DNA of 63,334 bases, filler included, from Choristocarpus tenellus KU-1152 (GCA_964200185.2; 10 parts of 10 records of this genome joined end to end with filler, not necessarily neighbours in it); one strand, 5' to 3'; shown: positions 1-12,722, counted from the whole stretch's first letter. Notes: a model not told the origin generated them from the sequence alone. A program made the numbers and translations.

Positions 1-889
1 TGTCTTTTTTCTGGCTTCCCCCCAAAAAGGACCCCCTGGTGTTGCCCCCCCCCCCCCCCCCCCAGATACTTTGGGTCTTTCGTACACGTGTTACTGTGCT
101 GTCTGCCGTCCCTGACCGTCCAATCCTAAGGGTTGTGGCGTGAGTGTGCGTATAAGGGGAGGGGTGGTACGTGTTGGAGTCAGTATCGGCACTGAGGCAG
201 TGTGCTGCGACCAATTCGATGTGATGGCGTTCGTTTGTCAGTAGGTGTGCTACCTATTGCTGTAACGAGTGTTTGGTAATGGCGGATGGCAGTGTGTGAT
301 GAAACCCAAAACTTGGAGTTTTGTGTTAATTTGCCGATTGGTAGACCTTTGAATAATAGAGGGCGATGACTCCAAATGTGCACAGGCTTTGAGCGGTCGA
401 TTAAGAAGTGCGTATGTGTGATCATCATGTGATTCGTGGGGTAGGCATGACGGGAAGGCACGGATGTGACATAATGGGTCGACGAAATCTATTGCCCTTG
501 GTGGCATATATGGGTTAAAATGGGGCTGGAGGGTGTATACTGTCGCGAGTTGCAGACAGGGATTAATATTTGTGAGTGGAAAAATCATGCACGTGGTACA
601 TGTGGTATATACTCTTGCAGCAAGCAATGGGTATATGGTCGACGTTGTTAAGTGAAAGGAAATAATAACTTGGAGTTTCGGGTTAGTTTACTGATTGGCA
701 GACTCGTTCTAAATCGAGGGCAATGGTTGCAAGTGTGCTTGGATGGTGTGCGGTCGATAAGTAAATGCGCATGTGCGATTATCATGTGATTGGTGTGTTG
801 ACGTGTGGGAAAGTGCGGATGTGATATAATGGGTCAACGATGTCTGTTGCGTGTTTGGTGAATGGTTTATATCAAGGGGCGGGAGGGTG

Positions 890-1148
890 GAGTGAAAGTA
901 TCTTAGGGGGTACGAGGTTTGACCTGTTTGTCCATTTGGGGCTTGGCTTCCCATGTTTTTTTTTTATGGCATTTTCCTACTCCAAAATGTTTAGCAGTAG
1001 GTAAAATGTATACGTTATGAAAAGGTCGACCGGAACAAGGATATTGACACTTCCTAACAAACACAACAACCAAAATCACATCAAAATCGCAACATTGGGT
1101 GTTGGTCCCCAAATGGACGCGGCCTTAACCTCTAAGATATTTTGGCTC
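890..1148 (+). mobile_element. MITE family A, copy 1 (259 bp)
   Basis: TIR GAGTGAAAGTATCTTAGGGGGT ... AACCTCTAAGATATTTTGGCTC; homologous over its length to 2876-3133 and 62419-62677. Confidence 0.9.
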
Positions 1149-1366
1149 TTTGCCCTGTTTGTCCATTTGGGGCTTTACTTTCCTTGGCGTTTTCCTACTC
1201 CAAAATATTTCGGAATAGGTAAAATGTACACGTTATGAATAGGTGGGTCTGGAACAAGGATATTGACACTTCCTAACAAACACAATAGCCAAAATTACAT
1301 TAGAATCGCAACATTGGATTTTGACCCCAAATGGACGCGGTTCTACCGTCTAAGATACTTTGACTC
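1149..1366 (+). mobile_element. MITE family A, copy 2 (left end missing), head-to-tail with copy 1
   Basis: Same internal sequence, ends ACCGTCTAAGATACTTTGACTC; the doublet 890-1366 is flanked by GTG/GTG. Confidence 0.88.
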
Positions 1367-1597
1367 GTGCAGACTGATGGGAGTGGCAAGGAGGGATCAG
1401 GTCCAGAGGGCGGGGAGAATCATGCATGTAGTGTATATGGTATGTATTCCTGCAACAAGCGATGGGTATATGGTCGACGTTGACAGTGGAAATAAGAGAA
1501 GAACTTGGAGTTTTGCGCGAGTTTACCGATGGGCAGAGTTGTACAAAATAGGTGACGATGGATGTAAGTTGTATAGACTATCTGTGCAGTCATTTCA

Positions 1598-3920
1598 TTA
1601 GTGCGTATGTGTTATCTTGACACTGCGCGTCGTGTCGGCGTGAAGGAAGTGACGGATGTGACATAAGTCTGAACGGTACATATTGAGTGTTTGTTGCATA
1701 TGTGAGCAAGGAGTGTACGTGTTGGGGTTGTCGCCAGTGGCAAACAGAGGCCGAACTTTGTAAGTGGGGGGGGGAGTCACCATGTGGAGTGTGCCTACCT
1801 TTGTGACGATTGTCTGTCTGGGAGGAACCTTATGACCTGTGCGGTAGTGCCACTCTTCCTCTGGTGTCGGATCCCTCAAGGTATACTGAGTTTTGGTCGC
1901 CTTGATTGTATCCACTAGGGATGAGGTTTCTGGCATGCGCACCCCGTGCAGTTCTAGTCTCCCGGTAGCAGACTTCACCACAGCCCCGACTCTATCAGAC
2001 AAGGACTTGCCGTGACAGGAGGCAAAGAAGTTGTGTACTGCGGAAATTCCCATCCGTGCTAAAGACTGAGAAACCCACATCTTCCATCTGTTCTTAAATT
2101 GACTCCCGCTGCCATCGGACCAGATGTGGAGGACCTCTAGGGTCTGTCCGTATTCACTGGCTAGAGGTATTAGGTGGTCTTTCACAAGCATCTCCATGGC
2201 GTTCTGTACGAAGTTGTTGTCTTGGCTTCGGTCTTCACTGCACACCGTCATGCTGTGAACCCAAACCCTTCCCTTCCCAAGATTTCCCTCATCTCTGAAA
2301 TCCCTCAACCACCAGACAATGGTCAGAAGCGCCGTAAGGAATAGATTGAAGAACTCTTGTTGTATCAAGTCTTGGTGGTTGTGTTGTAGGTGGGCGCTGA
2401 AGTCCATCCATGGACATGGCAGCGTGTCCTTTGGGGAGGCGTGATTTGCAGTGTTTGTATTGTTGCGCCTGCCTAATGGTGGTGTTGTGATGAAGGAAGA
2501 AGCTCTTGTCGAAGTTTGCAAATATGACTTTAGGAGTGTAGGGAATCCATCCGTCCTTGGGAACAGCACCTGTATCGAATGGGTCAGGTGGTCGCGTTTC
2601 AAGCGTTGTTGCTGGTGATAGGTCGTGGTGATTCAGGCTTTGTGGTTGTGTAATCGATTGCCGGTGCTGTGGGAAGGAGTATCCCTTCGTTGTTTGACGA
2701 ATACGCCGTGACACATCCAATGTACACTGTAATTATTGCTTGAAGGGCACTGTCGCTCACCTTTCGCCTCCAGCTGTGCTTGTCCGTAGACCCTGTTGCA
2801 TCTTCGTCATCGTTCTCCTCGGTCCTGTTCCTCCCGAAGTCGTGGGTGGACTCTCCCACCATGCACTTAGCGATGGAGTGAAAGCATCTTAGAGGGTGCG
2901 ATTTTTACCCCGTTTGTACATTTGGGACTTGGCTTCCTATGTTTTTTTTATGACATTTTCCTCTCCAACATTTTTTCGGAGTAGGTAAAATGTGTACGTT
3001 CTGAAAAGGTGTGTCCAGAACAAGGATATTGACACTTCCTAACAAACACGATAACCAAAATTACATCAAAATCGCAACATTGGATTTTGCCCCCCAAATG
3101 GACGCGGTCCTACCCTCTAAGATACTTTGGCTCATGATCAAATCGTCGGTCATGAGATTGTCCGCTCTGAGCTCAGCATATTTTGCCTTGATCATCTGGA
3201 TCATATCATCTTTGGTGGTCCTGCTGGGGGTGGCGATGCCAAGTCTAGAGGACAGCGCCTGTGTGGCAGTGTAGACGGACATAGAGATTTGTTGCAGCCG
3301 GTAGAAGTGTGCCTTGGATGTGAACACGGAGATATGGTCGATTGGTAGGGTGGGTTGCTGTATCGGTCCTGGACCCGGCATGAGGGTGGAACCGAACAGA
3401 TTCGTCTTCCAAATCTTACTAGTTGGTGAGTATTTCGATAAGGCACACCTTTTCCTCCTGGAAAGTCTTCGTTGCAGATCCGCCTCCACCACCAGGGTGT
3501 AGGCGTGGACGAACTCGTTCCATGTGACACGTGTGCTGTGAGAGTCCAACATACAAGGGCACTTCCACATCGGGTGAGATTTCCAGTCACACCTGTCACA
3601 TGTACCATCGACACATGAATTTTTGAAACTGCCCAAGGAACCGCCAGAGGACGACGGTTCGCTGAGGGGTTCCAGCACGGTCCTCTCGCATCTGTTTTGT
3701 TTTAATTAGTCCAAGAGCGGTTTTTGTTGTCAGTGTAGGGGTTTGAGTAGCGTATCGAACGTCACTAGTGGAGTCCGGCTGTTGCTTTTTCATTTTTTGA
3801 GGTCGTACTGAAACGGTTTGAGGGCGAGTACGTTGGTGTGTATCTACAGTGTGTGGATACATTGTTTTGGATACCATTCCAGCTCGTTGTGCTCACACAT
3901 TCGCTACGTCGTGGGTGTGG
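1598..3920 (-). mobile_element. Decayed Sola-type (Sola2/3-like) DDD transposase, frameshifted and interrupted by a MITE
   Basis: Motifs in order across frames: C..C..C cluster (CVDGTCDRC..CP); HHNTTIRQAQQYKHCKSRLPKGHAAMS-MDFS (1st D); LHIWSDGSGSQFKN (2nd D); HNFFASCHGKSLSDRVGAVVK (3rd D). This matches the SDG..QFKN / HGK..D.G pattern of Sola transposases. No introns seen. Confidence 0.75.
2876..3133 (+). mobile_element. MITE family A, copy 3, inserted in the Sola transposase
   Basis: GAGTGAAAGCATCTTAGAGGGT ... ACCCTCTAAGATACTTTGGCTC, flanked by ATG/ATG. Removing it plus 3 bp fuses ORFs 3061..3678 and 2599..2862 in frame (DDLIIAKCMVGES). Confidence 0.92.
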
Positions 3921-4129
3921 TCGGGCATAGAAACTTACAAAAGGAAGGCAATTAAATGAGCACCACTTTCGAGTGCGGCCTCCACTTCTTCAGACCCGCA
4001 TCCTTTGCCTTTGTCGCAGAATGCGCATGTGCATGCGCAAGTGCATTGTCCATCGTTGCCAAAGAACGTCCTCGTATGTACTTTCTTCCAGTTCTCTCTT
4101 AGGCACTAAACCTGACGGTCGGTGGTCAT

Positions 4130-4229
4130 NNNNNNNNNNNNNNNNNNNNNNNNNNNNNNNNNNNNNNNNNNNNTTAATTAATTAANNNNNNNNNNNNNNN
4201 NNNNNNNNNNNNNNNNNNNNNNNNNNNNN
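4130..4229. other. Artificial contig linker (also 8421-8520, 12623-12722, 20664-20763, 28618-28717, 36947-37046, 54563-54662, 57794-57893, 60643-60742)
   Basis: Identical 100-nt N44-TTAATTAATTAA-N44 spacer with stops in all six frames. Confidence 0.98.
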
Positions 4230-5290
4230 TTTGCCTAACCCTAACCCCACCCCACCCCCACCGCCACCCCCTATGCCTCTTATGTCTGATGTTGTGTGCA
4301 CGTGTGTGTGTGTGTGTGTTTTCCCAAACTGTTTTCCCAAACTGTTTTCACAATGTGAAGCAAATGGTTGTCAACATTCGAGACGGGCCTATCTCAATTC
4401 GAATACTCTCCTGTGAGTCTCACACCCCACCACACTTGGAGCCTAGTCCTTGACCACATCCTCAAAAGGAAACCTTGTCTTTTTGGCCATTAATGCTCAT
4501 CATTTCTTCTGCCATCCATTGTATTGCCGTAGAGCTAGCAATTCATAGCACTCTTTAAGTTTTCCTGGTATACTCTGTCCCCAAGATGACCTACCCACCC
4601 TTGGAATTTTGTACATGGAAATTTTTATGTGGGAGTATTATGCATATGATAGTAATAACAATAGTTGCTAAGATAAGAGTGTTGGATCTTCCTTTGCACA
4701 TTTGACGTCCATGAACTAGAAATATAAGTTGTCTGCTATCTACAAGCTGGCATTGCAGTCTTCCTTTACGGTCTTCCTTTACACTTTCCAATGAGTCAAG
4801 GCAATATACTTCAACATGTGCTATCCCCACCCACACCCCTGGACCCCAGGTTACCTGGTGGGACTTGGCATTTATATTGACACAAAACCTCCCTTGGGCG
4901 AATTAGCCAACCCTAACCTTAGCAATTAATATATCTTGTTATTAATATTATTATCTTGTTGTGGAGCCTTTTGCTTTTGCTGTGTAACACCACTGGAATC
5001 ACCTGAACCTGGTGTAGTGAGTATTTGGTGTAGTGAGACCAAACATTTTGATCAGTGGTGGCCTCATACTTATCTGGAAATATTCACTGTCGGTAGGTAT
5101 ATAATTTATTATCTAACCCTAACGCTAACCCTGATTAATTACCATTGCTACGGTATCACACTATTGTGGGCAAGTCTTGGCATGTCTTGTTCGAGACACT
5201 TTTGTTACTAGTATTACTACTATTTTTTGGTATTTTATTTGCTCAATCATGTTCTTTTCGTGGTATGCCAATGATCTCTCAACCTTGCAG

Positions 5291-7676
5291 ATATTGGAGG
5301 CATCATGATGGTTGTATTGGGATTCTTCAGTTTCTTTGGGGCTTTCTTCACTCTCAACCCAGTGGGAGCTCTAGTACAGGTACAGCCATTTTTGCCCCTG
5401 TTTACATGGTGGCTGTTTGTGATCTCACCCTCATGATAACATGGATAACATGGTCTATTGATGGTACTCTTTCCCTTCACGAGATGTTTCCTTTTCAGTG
5501 CAACTTAGGGATAGGGTTAGGGATGTGGGATAGTATTTCCTATCAAGTTAGGGATAATTGATGTAGATTTTGCTGAATAATCAACACCATTGTGCAAATT
5601 TTGTGAGTATTCAATTCATTTGAGTGTGGAGTCTTTGATGGGGGGTGGGGCTGGAGTCTGAGATTCAAGATGGCAACTCTTTTTTATTGAGGGGGGTGAA
5701 ACACTGTTGATTGATTGATAGCCCTAACCCTTGTGTGTTACTGTGTAGGACTCTTCGGTGGTCAAATGTACCTTCAGTTAAGTCAAATGTACTTTCAGTT
5801 AAGTTCTTGGGACAATACCTTGAAGGGTGAGGTAATTAAAACCAGCAGCCATCAACATGTGTTGATAGGAGATTCTAATCCATTGAGTAAATGATACTGC
5901 TGGTGTGTGTGATTGATGTATGTTGGATGCTATCACTGTAGAGAATGGGATTATAAACTTCGAGCTCATGTTGGCACTGGAGACAAAATGTCACTAAATG
6001 CCATTATCCTCTAGTGAAGAAAGAGTCGAGTGATTGTCACTAAATACTTGGTAGTGGGTACGGTTGGAAACAGTTCACAGCAAATTTCAACATTAATACA
6101 TTTAACCCCTTTTTATTTTTTTGCTCCTTTGTGAAATCATTAGTGTTCATGTCTTCGTGTTTTTATGTTGGTTTCATTCCCTATGCTAGCCCTAGCCCTA
6201 AGCCTATCCAACCCCCCCCCACTCCCCACCTTGCAATACCTTTTGCCGCTTTACCTTGTCCTGACTCTACAGATATACCTTTTCTTCTTTGGGTGGCTGA
6301 TTGTCTTCATGGAGGCCAAGAACGCTGTACTGCCCAAGAGCATTGTGGATGTGAGTAACCAGAATAGTTTAGTGTCGACCGAAGAGTGGTGGTAGTGAGT
6401 TAGGGTTAGGGTTAGGGTTAGCATGTTTTGTTTGGCTGAATTCCTAACTGTAAGTGGGTTTTCATCACGAGCCTGGAAGGGTTAGGGTTAGGGTTAGATA
6501 GGTGCTTGGGCACATGATAGTGATGCGGTATGTTTCGAATGGAATTGTGTTGATTGATTATTTGAAGCAAGGGCGTTGGCAAGAACATAGTAACATTTGT
6601 ATTAATTGGGTGAAGTTAGCAATGATCCTACTACCTCTCTCCTATTGTAGTAAGTTAATTGTTTCCTAACCCTAACCATCTGTCCAAAGGAAGGAATTCT
6701 TGCATGGTTCAACTCAAAATACCTGTGTAGTTGTAAGTTGTTACACCCGTGATACCAAACCTTGGACATGAGCTCAACTCTATCCTAACCCTAACCCTAA
6801 CCCTAACTTCAATTGAATTTCTGCCATTGTGCCAACTCGTAGGACATCCACAAGTATGCTCTGTTCCTGGCAGTGATCTGGGGGAGAGGGGCGTTCTACA
6901 TCTTCTGTGGGACTCTTGCTCTATCACAGGTGTGTATATTAACCCACCTTGTACCTCCTGTAGGGATATTACAGTGTGGACTTGGTTTTGTGTTTCTATT
7001 AAGAGTTTCAGTTTTTTGGTTGTGTAGTGTCTGATAAACCTTTGAGTGTATGGTCTTTTTTAACTTGGGAACTCTTTGTAGAACCTGACTGATCCTTGAT
7101 TTTACTGACTTTTTTATGATCTAAGAAATCTTTTTTCTTGGGGGTTAGGATTAGGGTTCTAACCCAAGTTTGTGAGAGTGGAGAAATACTTCCAAGGTTG
7201 TACTGCGTGCCATATATCACTCACTATGCACACTTTTTCATAGTACCTACCATGAAATTAATGTGTGTCATGCTTTCACCCTTTGCTATTGCACGGAGAC
7301 ATAATTAAATAAGTATGTGATTTTGTAACCCTAACCCTAATCCTAAGTGTAAGCACTCCATTTAAAAAAGATAACTGTAATACCTTAGCCTCAGGGTAAA
7401 GATTTTGCAAATACTGTACATTTCAAGAACTATGTGATTTTGTAACTATGCCTTCAAGAACTATGGGTTTTGCACAGAGTGCTGTGAATCAAAAAATTAT
7501 TTTAAGTATAAGTTATATCAGCTCAAACATTAATGATGATCTTAATAGTAATCCTTGCACCACTGATTCATGATTACTGTCCTGTTACCCTCAATCCGTT
7601 TGCTTGCTGTCACTTGTGCCTCAGTGGACCTTCTTGGAGATCATCCTTGGCTTTTATATGTGCTGTCTGGGAGCAG
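5291..7676 (+). CDS. COPI-associated / TVP15-like Golgi membrane protein, partial (exons 5291-5379, 6273-6350, 6843-6929, 7625-7676)
   Basis: GT-AG exons splice in phase: IGGIMMVVLGFFSFFGAFFTLNPVGALVQ-IYLFFFGWLIVFMEAKNAVLPKSIVD-DIHKYALFLAVIWGRGAFYIFCGTLALSQ-WTFLEIILGFYMCCLGA; the GRG.FY.F.G motif fits the family. Confidence 0.75.
6398..6807. repeat. Interstitial telomeric hexamers (TTAGGG/CCCTAA); many other short tracts occur across the window
   Basis: (TTAGGG)3-4 at 6398-6420 and 6478-6497, (CCCTAA)4 at 6783-6807; also near 10534-10600, 15918-15940, 36216, 36598, 37912-37984, 52533, 58896. Confidence 0.85.
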
Positions 7677-9169
7677 GTTGGTGCCCATTCAAGAGGCTCT
7701 GTTACATTTTGTCTCTCTCTGCCTCATTTTTTTGTGTGCTTGGTTATGTTTGAAGGTAAAGCTGATGGCATAAATACAGTCATGTGTCATGGTTCATTAA
7801 TAATACGAAACATTTATCTCTACTTGTGCCAACTCTTGATGGATCCCAGTGTGTTCAGGGAGAGGCACAGATGGTTGTGTGCAATACTCTTGAGTAGGTT
7901 TACAATCTTCTCCAACCCTAACCCTATGCTACTATAACATGCAGGAGAGGTTGGTACCGAGGTAAGTCTCAACCTAGATCAACGTTTTGAAGGGTACAGG
8001 GGGTCTTCTCATGTGGGTGGTATAACAAAACTTGTGTTTCTTGGGTGGTGCAGTTGTAAGGGGTAGGGTTATGTTTAGGTTTACTGTTGTGCTCCTTCTC
8101 CTGTAGAGGAGAGTACAGCAGGAAACGCTTCACTCTTCAAACACTTTCCAGTTAGAGGTAGGATCATAAGCTTTTTGTAATGCCAATATTTTGGGGTAGG
8201 GAATGTTTGCAGGGCAAGTACAGGGTAGTGGCTCCATGTGGCTTTTGTGGCATACCTTGTGTTCTATTGGTGTAAACCTTTCTCCTGCTGTCTCCTCTGC
8301 TGCTGAATCTCAATGATTGGGTAGAACTTGTTTTTTATGGTTGGTCATTTTACTTTGGGTCAAAGTATCTTGGGGGGGGGGGGGGGGTGGGGTCCGTGTT
8401 TCACCCTTTTTTTGCTTTTTNNNNNNNNNNNNNNNNNNNNNNNNNNNNNNNNNNNNNNNNNNNNTTAATTAATTAANNNNNNNNNNNNNNNNNNNNNNNN
8501 NNNNNNNNNNNNNNNNNNNNCCCATCAAATGCACGTCCAATGTGCACTAGTTACTCCAATCAAATACCACAGATACAAAAATATATGCATTTCATTTCAA
8601 TGAACAACAAGGACCACCTTCTCAAGTTACAGTTCCTCCCTATCTGCATACACAACCTAATCCACCAAACCAGCATGTCCTGCCTCAGCACTATTCACCT
8701 CCACGCCTCACACATCAGTACCCCTAGGGACCATACCCCATTGAGTGGTAACTTGAATGTAGTGTGGTGTGAAAGATCAAGTTACAAGGTGGCGGCGAGT
8801 GAACGCCGAGTGGAGAAAAGAAAAGAAAAGGGAAGTGAAAAAAAAAAATCTCGCGGCGGGCACACGCTCGAGAGGAAAAAAAAAAAGACTGATCGAAAAC
8901 AATCAAAAGAAAAATTATGATTATGATTATGATTATTACTATTATTACATGACTTAAAAGAGAAGGAACGACTCGAATCGAAGAATTAAAAAAAGAACAA
9001 TTCTCTTAATATTCTTATCTTCTCATCATATCTAATCATATCCACTCTTGAGAGTGAAAGACAATCACAAGGGCTTACATAGGGCACACACTTCCTCGAG
9101 GGCAAGAAGGGTAGAGATTCAACATACCCTCATGAATAAGACATAGAGAGATCTTAACCATCTCATGGG

Positions 9170-9390
9170 AGGGTAGTTTGCAGCATTATCGCTGCCGTCA
9201 ACACTCTGTCTGGCTGATTCTTGATGGGTTTTGTAGGTCTCCTTGGAGGCATACTTTCGATGGGAGGAATTCAGTTCATGTTTATAGACTAGACAGGTGG
9301 CTGGGTGGATGGATGGAAATTATAGAATCGTTGGCGGATCTCCTGTAATATACTTACAGCTAGCACTCAAGAGTCGACGGTTCTCCCCTG
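9170..9390 (-). mobile_element. Possible GIY-YIG endonuclease remnant (Penelope-like)
   Basis: Frameshifted C-KYITG/EIRQRFYN...LVYKH resembles C..YIGET.R...R..EH...S.V..H. Confidence 0.3.
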
Positions 9391-9878
9391 TCTAATCACT
9401 ACTACAAGTAAAAATAAAAACAAAAAACTCTTCAAAATAAGAACGTTAGCTTGGTCTTATTCAATGCTCTATTTCCCTCCAAAGCACCTACCATCTAAAA
9501 ATACCCCTCCAATCTTCAAAAGAAGCATTAATATCTTACACCCCCCTCCTTTAAAACTCAAATTAAAATAAATTAAACTACCGCCATTCCCATCTTCAAT
9601 CAAAACAACCATCACAATTTTGAAACCATCTGCCTCAAATTCAAAAGCAAATTCAAAATTCCCTACCAAGCACCACCATGAAAAAACTGTTCTTCCAATC
9701 GCTAATCAAAACAACCCCTAACACTATATCCAAATCCATTTCCATCAAATCGCCGGGGTTTTTTTTTCCCCCCCCATTTCTCTGCCCCACACAACAAGTC
9801 AATCCAACAAAACCCCAACCCCAACCAATATCATGCAACTACTCCGAACCCAGCCCCCAGCTGCCATCCAATTCTTAC

Positions 9879-12270
9879 CTGAGTTCGGACGAGGTCCATG
9901 GTGTTTCCCCAGTCCCTAAGCTTTGATCCCAGTTCCTCAATCCTCCTCATTGTGTCACCAACCTTAACATATTTGAAGTTGAAGCACAGGCGGACAAGGA
10001 GGTATATAGAAAAAAATAAGACAAAAACAAGACACGAGCCTTTGGAGGGGTTCACCCTACAAGGCTCCAAAAAAGTGAACTCTTTTTTAAAATATACATA
10101 TATATATATATTTATTTTTTAAACACAAATTCACAACGAAATATAACTAAAAATTAAGAACGGAACCCTGCTATATACGCTCTAGAAATTTATTCCTTAA
10201 AAAAAAAATATATATATATATATATATATTTGTACGATAAATTAAGGAAGTGAGGTTGGGGGACGGGATGGGAGTGGAGGGGAGGAGTGGAGGAGTGGAG
10301 GGGAGGAACGTATCGTGAAACAATACTGCGCTCATCTTGCTTGAGGTGTTTGATTATACTCTTAAAAAAGTACCTAGTAAAAAGTGTTGAGTGAACAATC
10401 TTAAGTAAAAAATTAGTAAGCAAAAAGTATACATCGAGTTTGTATTCCTGACCTCGAATCTCCTCCAAAATCTCTGCAAGGAAAATCTCCTTTCAATGCG
10501 AGCAAGAGCATGAGACGGCTCTCCGAGTCATTTAAGGTTAGGGTTTCTCGATTACTCCCGGGTTAGGGTTTCTCGATTACTCCTGGGTTAGGGTTAGGGT
10601 ATCATTTGGAACAGGAGAATCGTTCATGTACAGATGTGATAAGTAAAGTTGTCTTTTGCCATTTTTAATACCGGCTCCTACCTCCTCCACCAAAAAAGTA
10701 CTACAGTTATTTTTATTGTTGCTGTTGTAGGGTTTTGTTAACACTTTGTTTAAAATTTCATGTAGAGTTAGGGATACGTTAATCAGTTTAGAGTTAGGGT
10801 TAGGGTGAGGATGAAGAGTTTGCCATCATATCAGTACCATCCAACTGTACGATGATGCACTTACTACCACATTTCATTATGTACTACTACAAACATTTAT
10901 TAGTGTATTAGTACGTAGTACTCACTACATACACTCCATCTGTCCAGACCACAACGTACATCTTCCTCTCCACAAGATATAAGAACAATTTTGAACACAA
11001 AATAATCAAAATATGTAACTCTTCTTATATAGATAGATAGAGCCCAAGTCTCCCTCATAGAGGGCAGTGGCGCTGAGTTTCAAGGGCCCTCCTTACCCTC
11101 CAGCTCCGCTTGCTTTTGGAATACACAGTCTACAACCACTGAGTGCATTGTGACTGAGCGGTCGATTCATGAGTGAGTGCATTCAGTTAGCAGAAGAAAG
11201 CTATCCTTATCGAAGCCCATTTTTTTTTCTTTTTATGACACTCACTGTCTTTATCTTCCTTCTAGAAAAATGAAAAAAAGAAATAAAAAATCACCCACTC
11301 ATTAACAAAAAAAAACACTCAATCAAACACACTCAATCCAATGGTAGGGCGGGGAGGTAGAAATGGGGGGATTGGTCTACCTGGCTACTGGGCAAGGGCT
11401 CCAACACTGTTGTTGGGGTAAAACAAACTGGTAAAACAAACTGTACCAAACAACAGTAGTACTACAATAATTGCACCCAAAGAGCAAGGGTAACATTTCC
11501 TTTTTTGTTTACCATATCCATAAATATTATGTATATATTATATATGTATATATTGATGGCATGGCATGAGTGTGCCAGAATTGACAACTACTGTAGGTCC
11601 CTGTTTAGTATCAGTATCATCAGTGCACATCATACCATCATACCATCATACCAACCCCACATTAAATGGCAAAAGCAGAGTTAACCTCCAATTTATCGGG
11701 GGAAGTCAGGTAGTAACCTTTTGGAACCCTATTCACACTACTGCTACTACAATAGGGAAGGACACAGGCATTTTAAAAGAGAGAGAGAGAGAGAGAGAGG
11801 AAAGTAGCATATTGAATCTTTAATTCATTTTTTAAAAAACGAACATGTATGATGTCAAAACTCTGACAACTCTGACCTTTCAACTTACACCAATAGAATC
11901 GTTTTCACATCAAAATCGAACCAATAGGATGATGCCTTTCCTTTCATTCATCCTGCAATCTCCTCCACAACCCCCAACACCCTAATCCTAACCTCTCCTA
12001 CAACAGTACATCAGCTGCACATGACAGCCAAAATCTGCAGGCAGGCAAAAGAGATGTACTCAACAACACAGGACAGGCAGGGGGAGCGGAAGCATGATGG
12101 GGGTGATGGAGGTGGGGGAGCTTCTGAGAACTATTGTCTGATTCGTACCTCATCCTCTGCAGCAGAAATGTAGCTCTCACGCTCCTGTAACACTTCTTCC
12201 AGCTTAAGAAAATCAGGGTGCTCCCGGGCCAGCCCCAGCACGCGCAACTTAGCCCTCTCTGTCCCTGATT
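9879..12270 (-). CDS. Fragment of a multi-exon gene, charged/coiled-coil-like unknown protein
   Basis: AG/GT-bounded exons ESGTERAKLRVLGLAREHPDFLKLEEVLQERESYISAAEDE (12149-12270), EILEEIRGQEYKLD (~10434-10474), VGDTMRRIEELGSKLRDWGNTMDLVRTQ (9879-9962). Confidence 0.4.
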
Positions 12271-12722
12271 CTGCATAATTCCCAGAGTACTATTACCAGC
12301 GTCACAAAAAAAGTAAGGAAATAAGTGGGAAATAAGTAGGAAATAAGTGGGAAATAAGTGGGAAATAAAATTTACACCGTGTGCGAGAACATTTCTATTT
12401 TTGTACTTGTTTTGTTTATTTTTGTTATTTCTTCAGTGGAACACTATTTTCCCATTAAAAAAAAAAAATGACCTACAAACCGAGTAAAAAATAGTGTAAT
12501 ACTAGATACTACGTAGTACAATAAAATCACAAAATAATAAGGGGGTGGGGGGGGGGGGGGGGGGGGGGAGGGGGGGGGGTAAGGATACGGAGGTGGGGAA
12601 GGGGGGGGGGAAGAAACAACGTNNNNNNNNNNNNNNNNNNNNNNNNNNNNNNNNNNNNNNNNNNNNTTAATTAATTAANNNNNNNNNNNNNNNNNNNNNN
12701 NNNNNNNNNNNNNNNNNNNNNN

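Larger units (their letters stand above)
225..1740. repeat. Three degenerate tandem copies of a ~356-bp unit (array interrupted by the MITE doublet)
   Basis: ACTTGGAGTT at 311, 668, 1503; CGGATGTGA at 461, 816, 1653; spacing ~355-357 after subtracting the MITEs. Confidence 0.75.

Noticed and set aside
903-1601. Short similar ORFs (ILTLPNKH..QN.I.IATL) at several loci
   Set aside because: Chance translations of MITE family A
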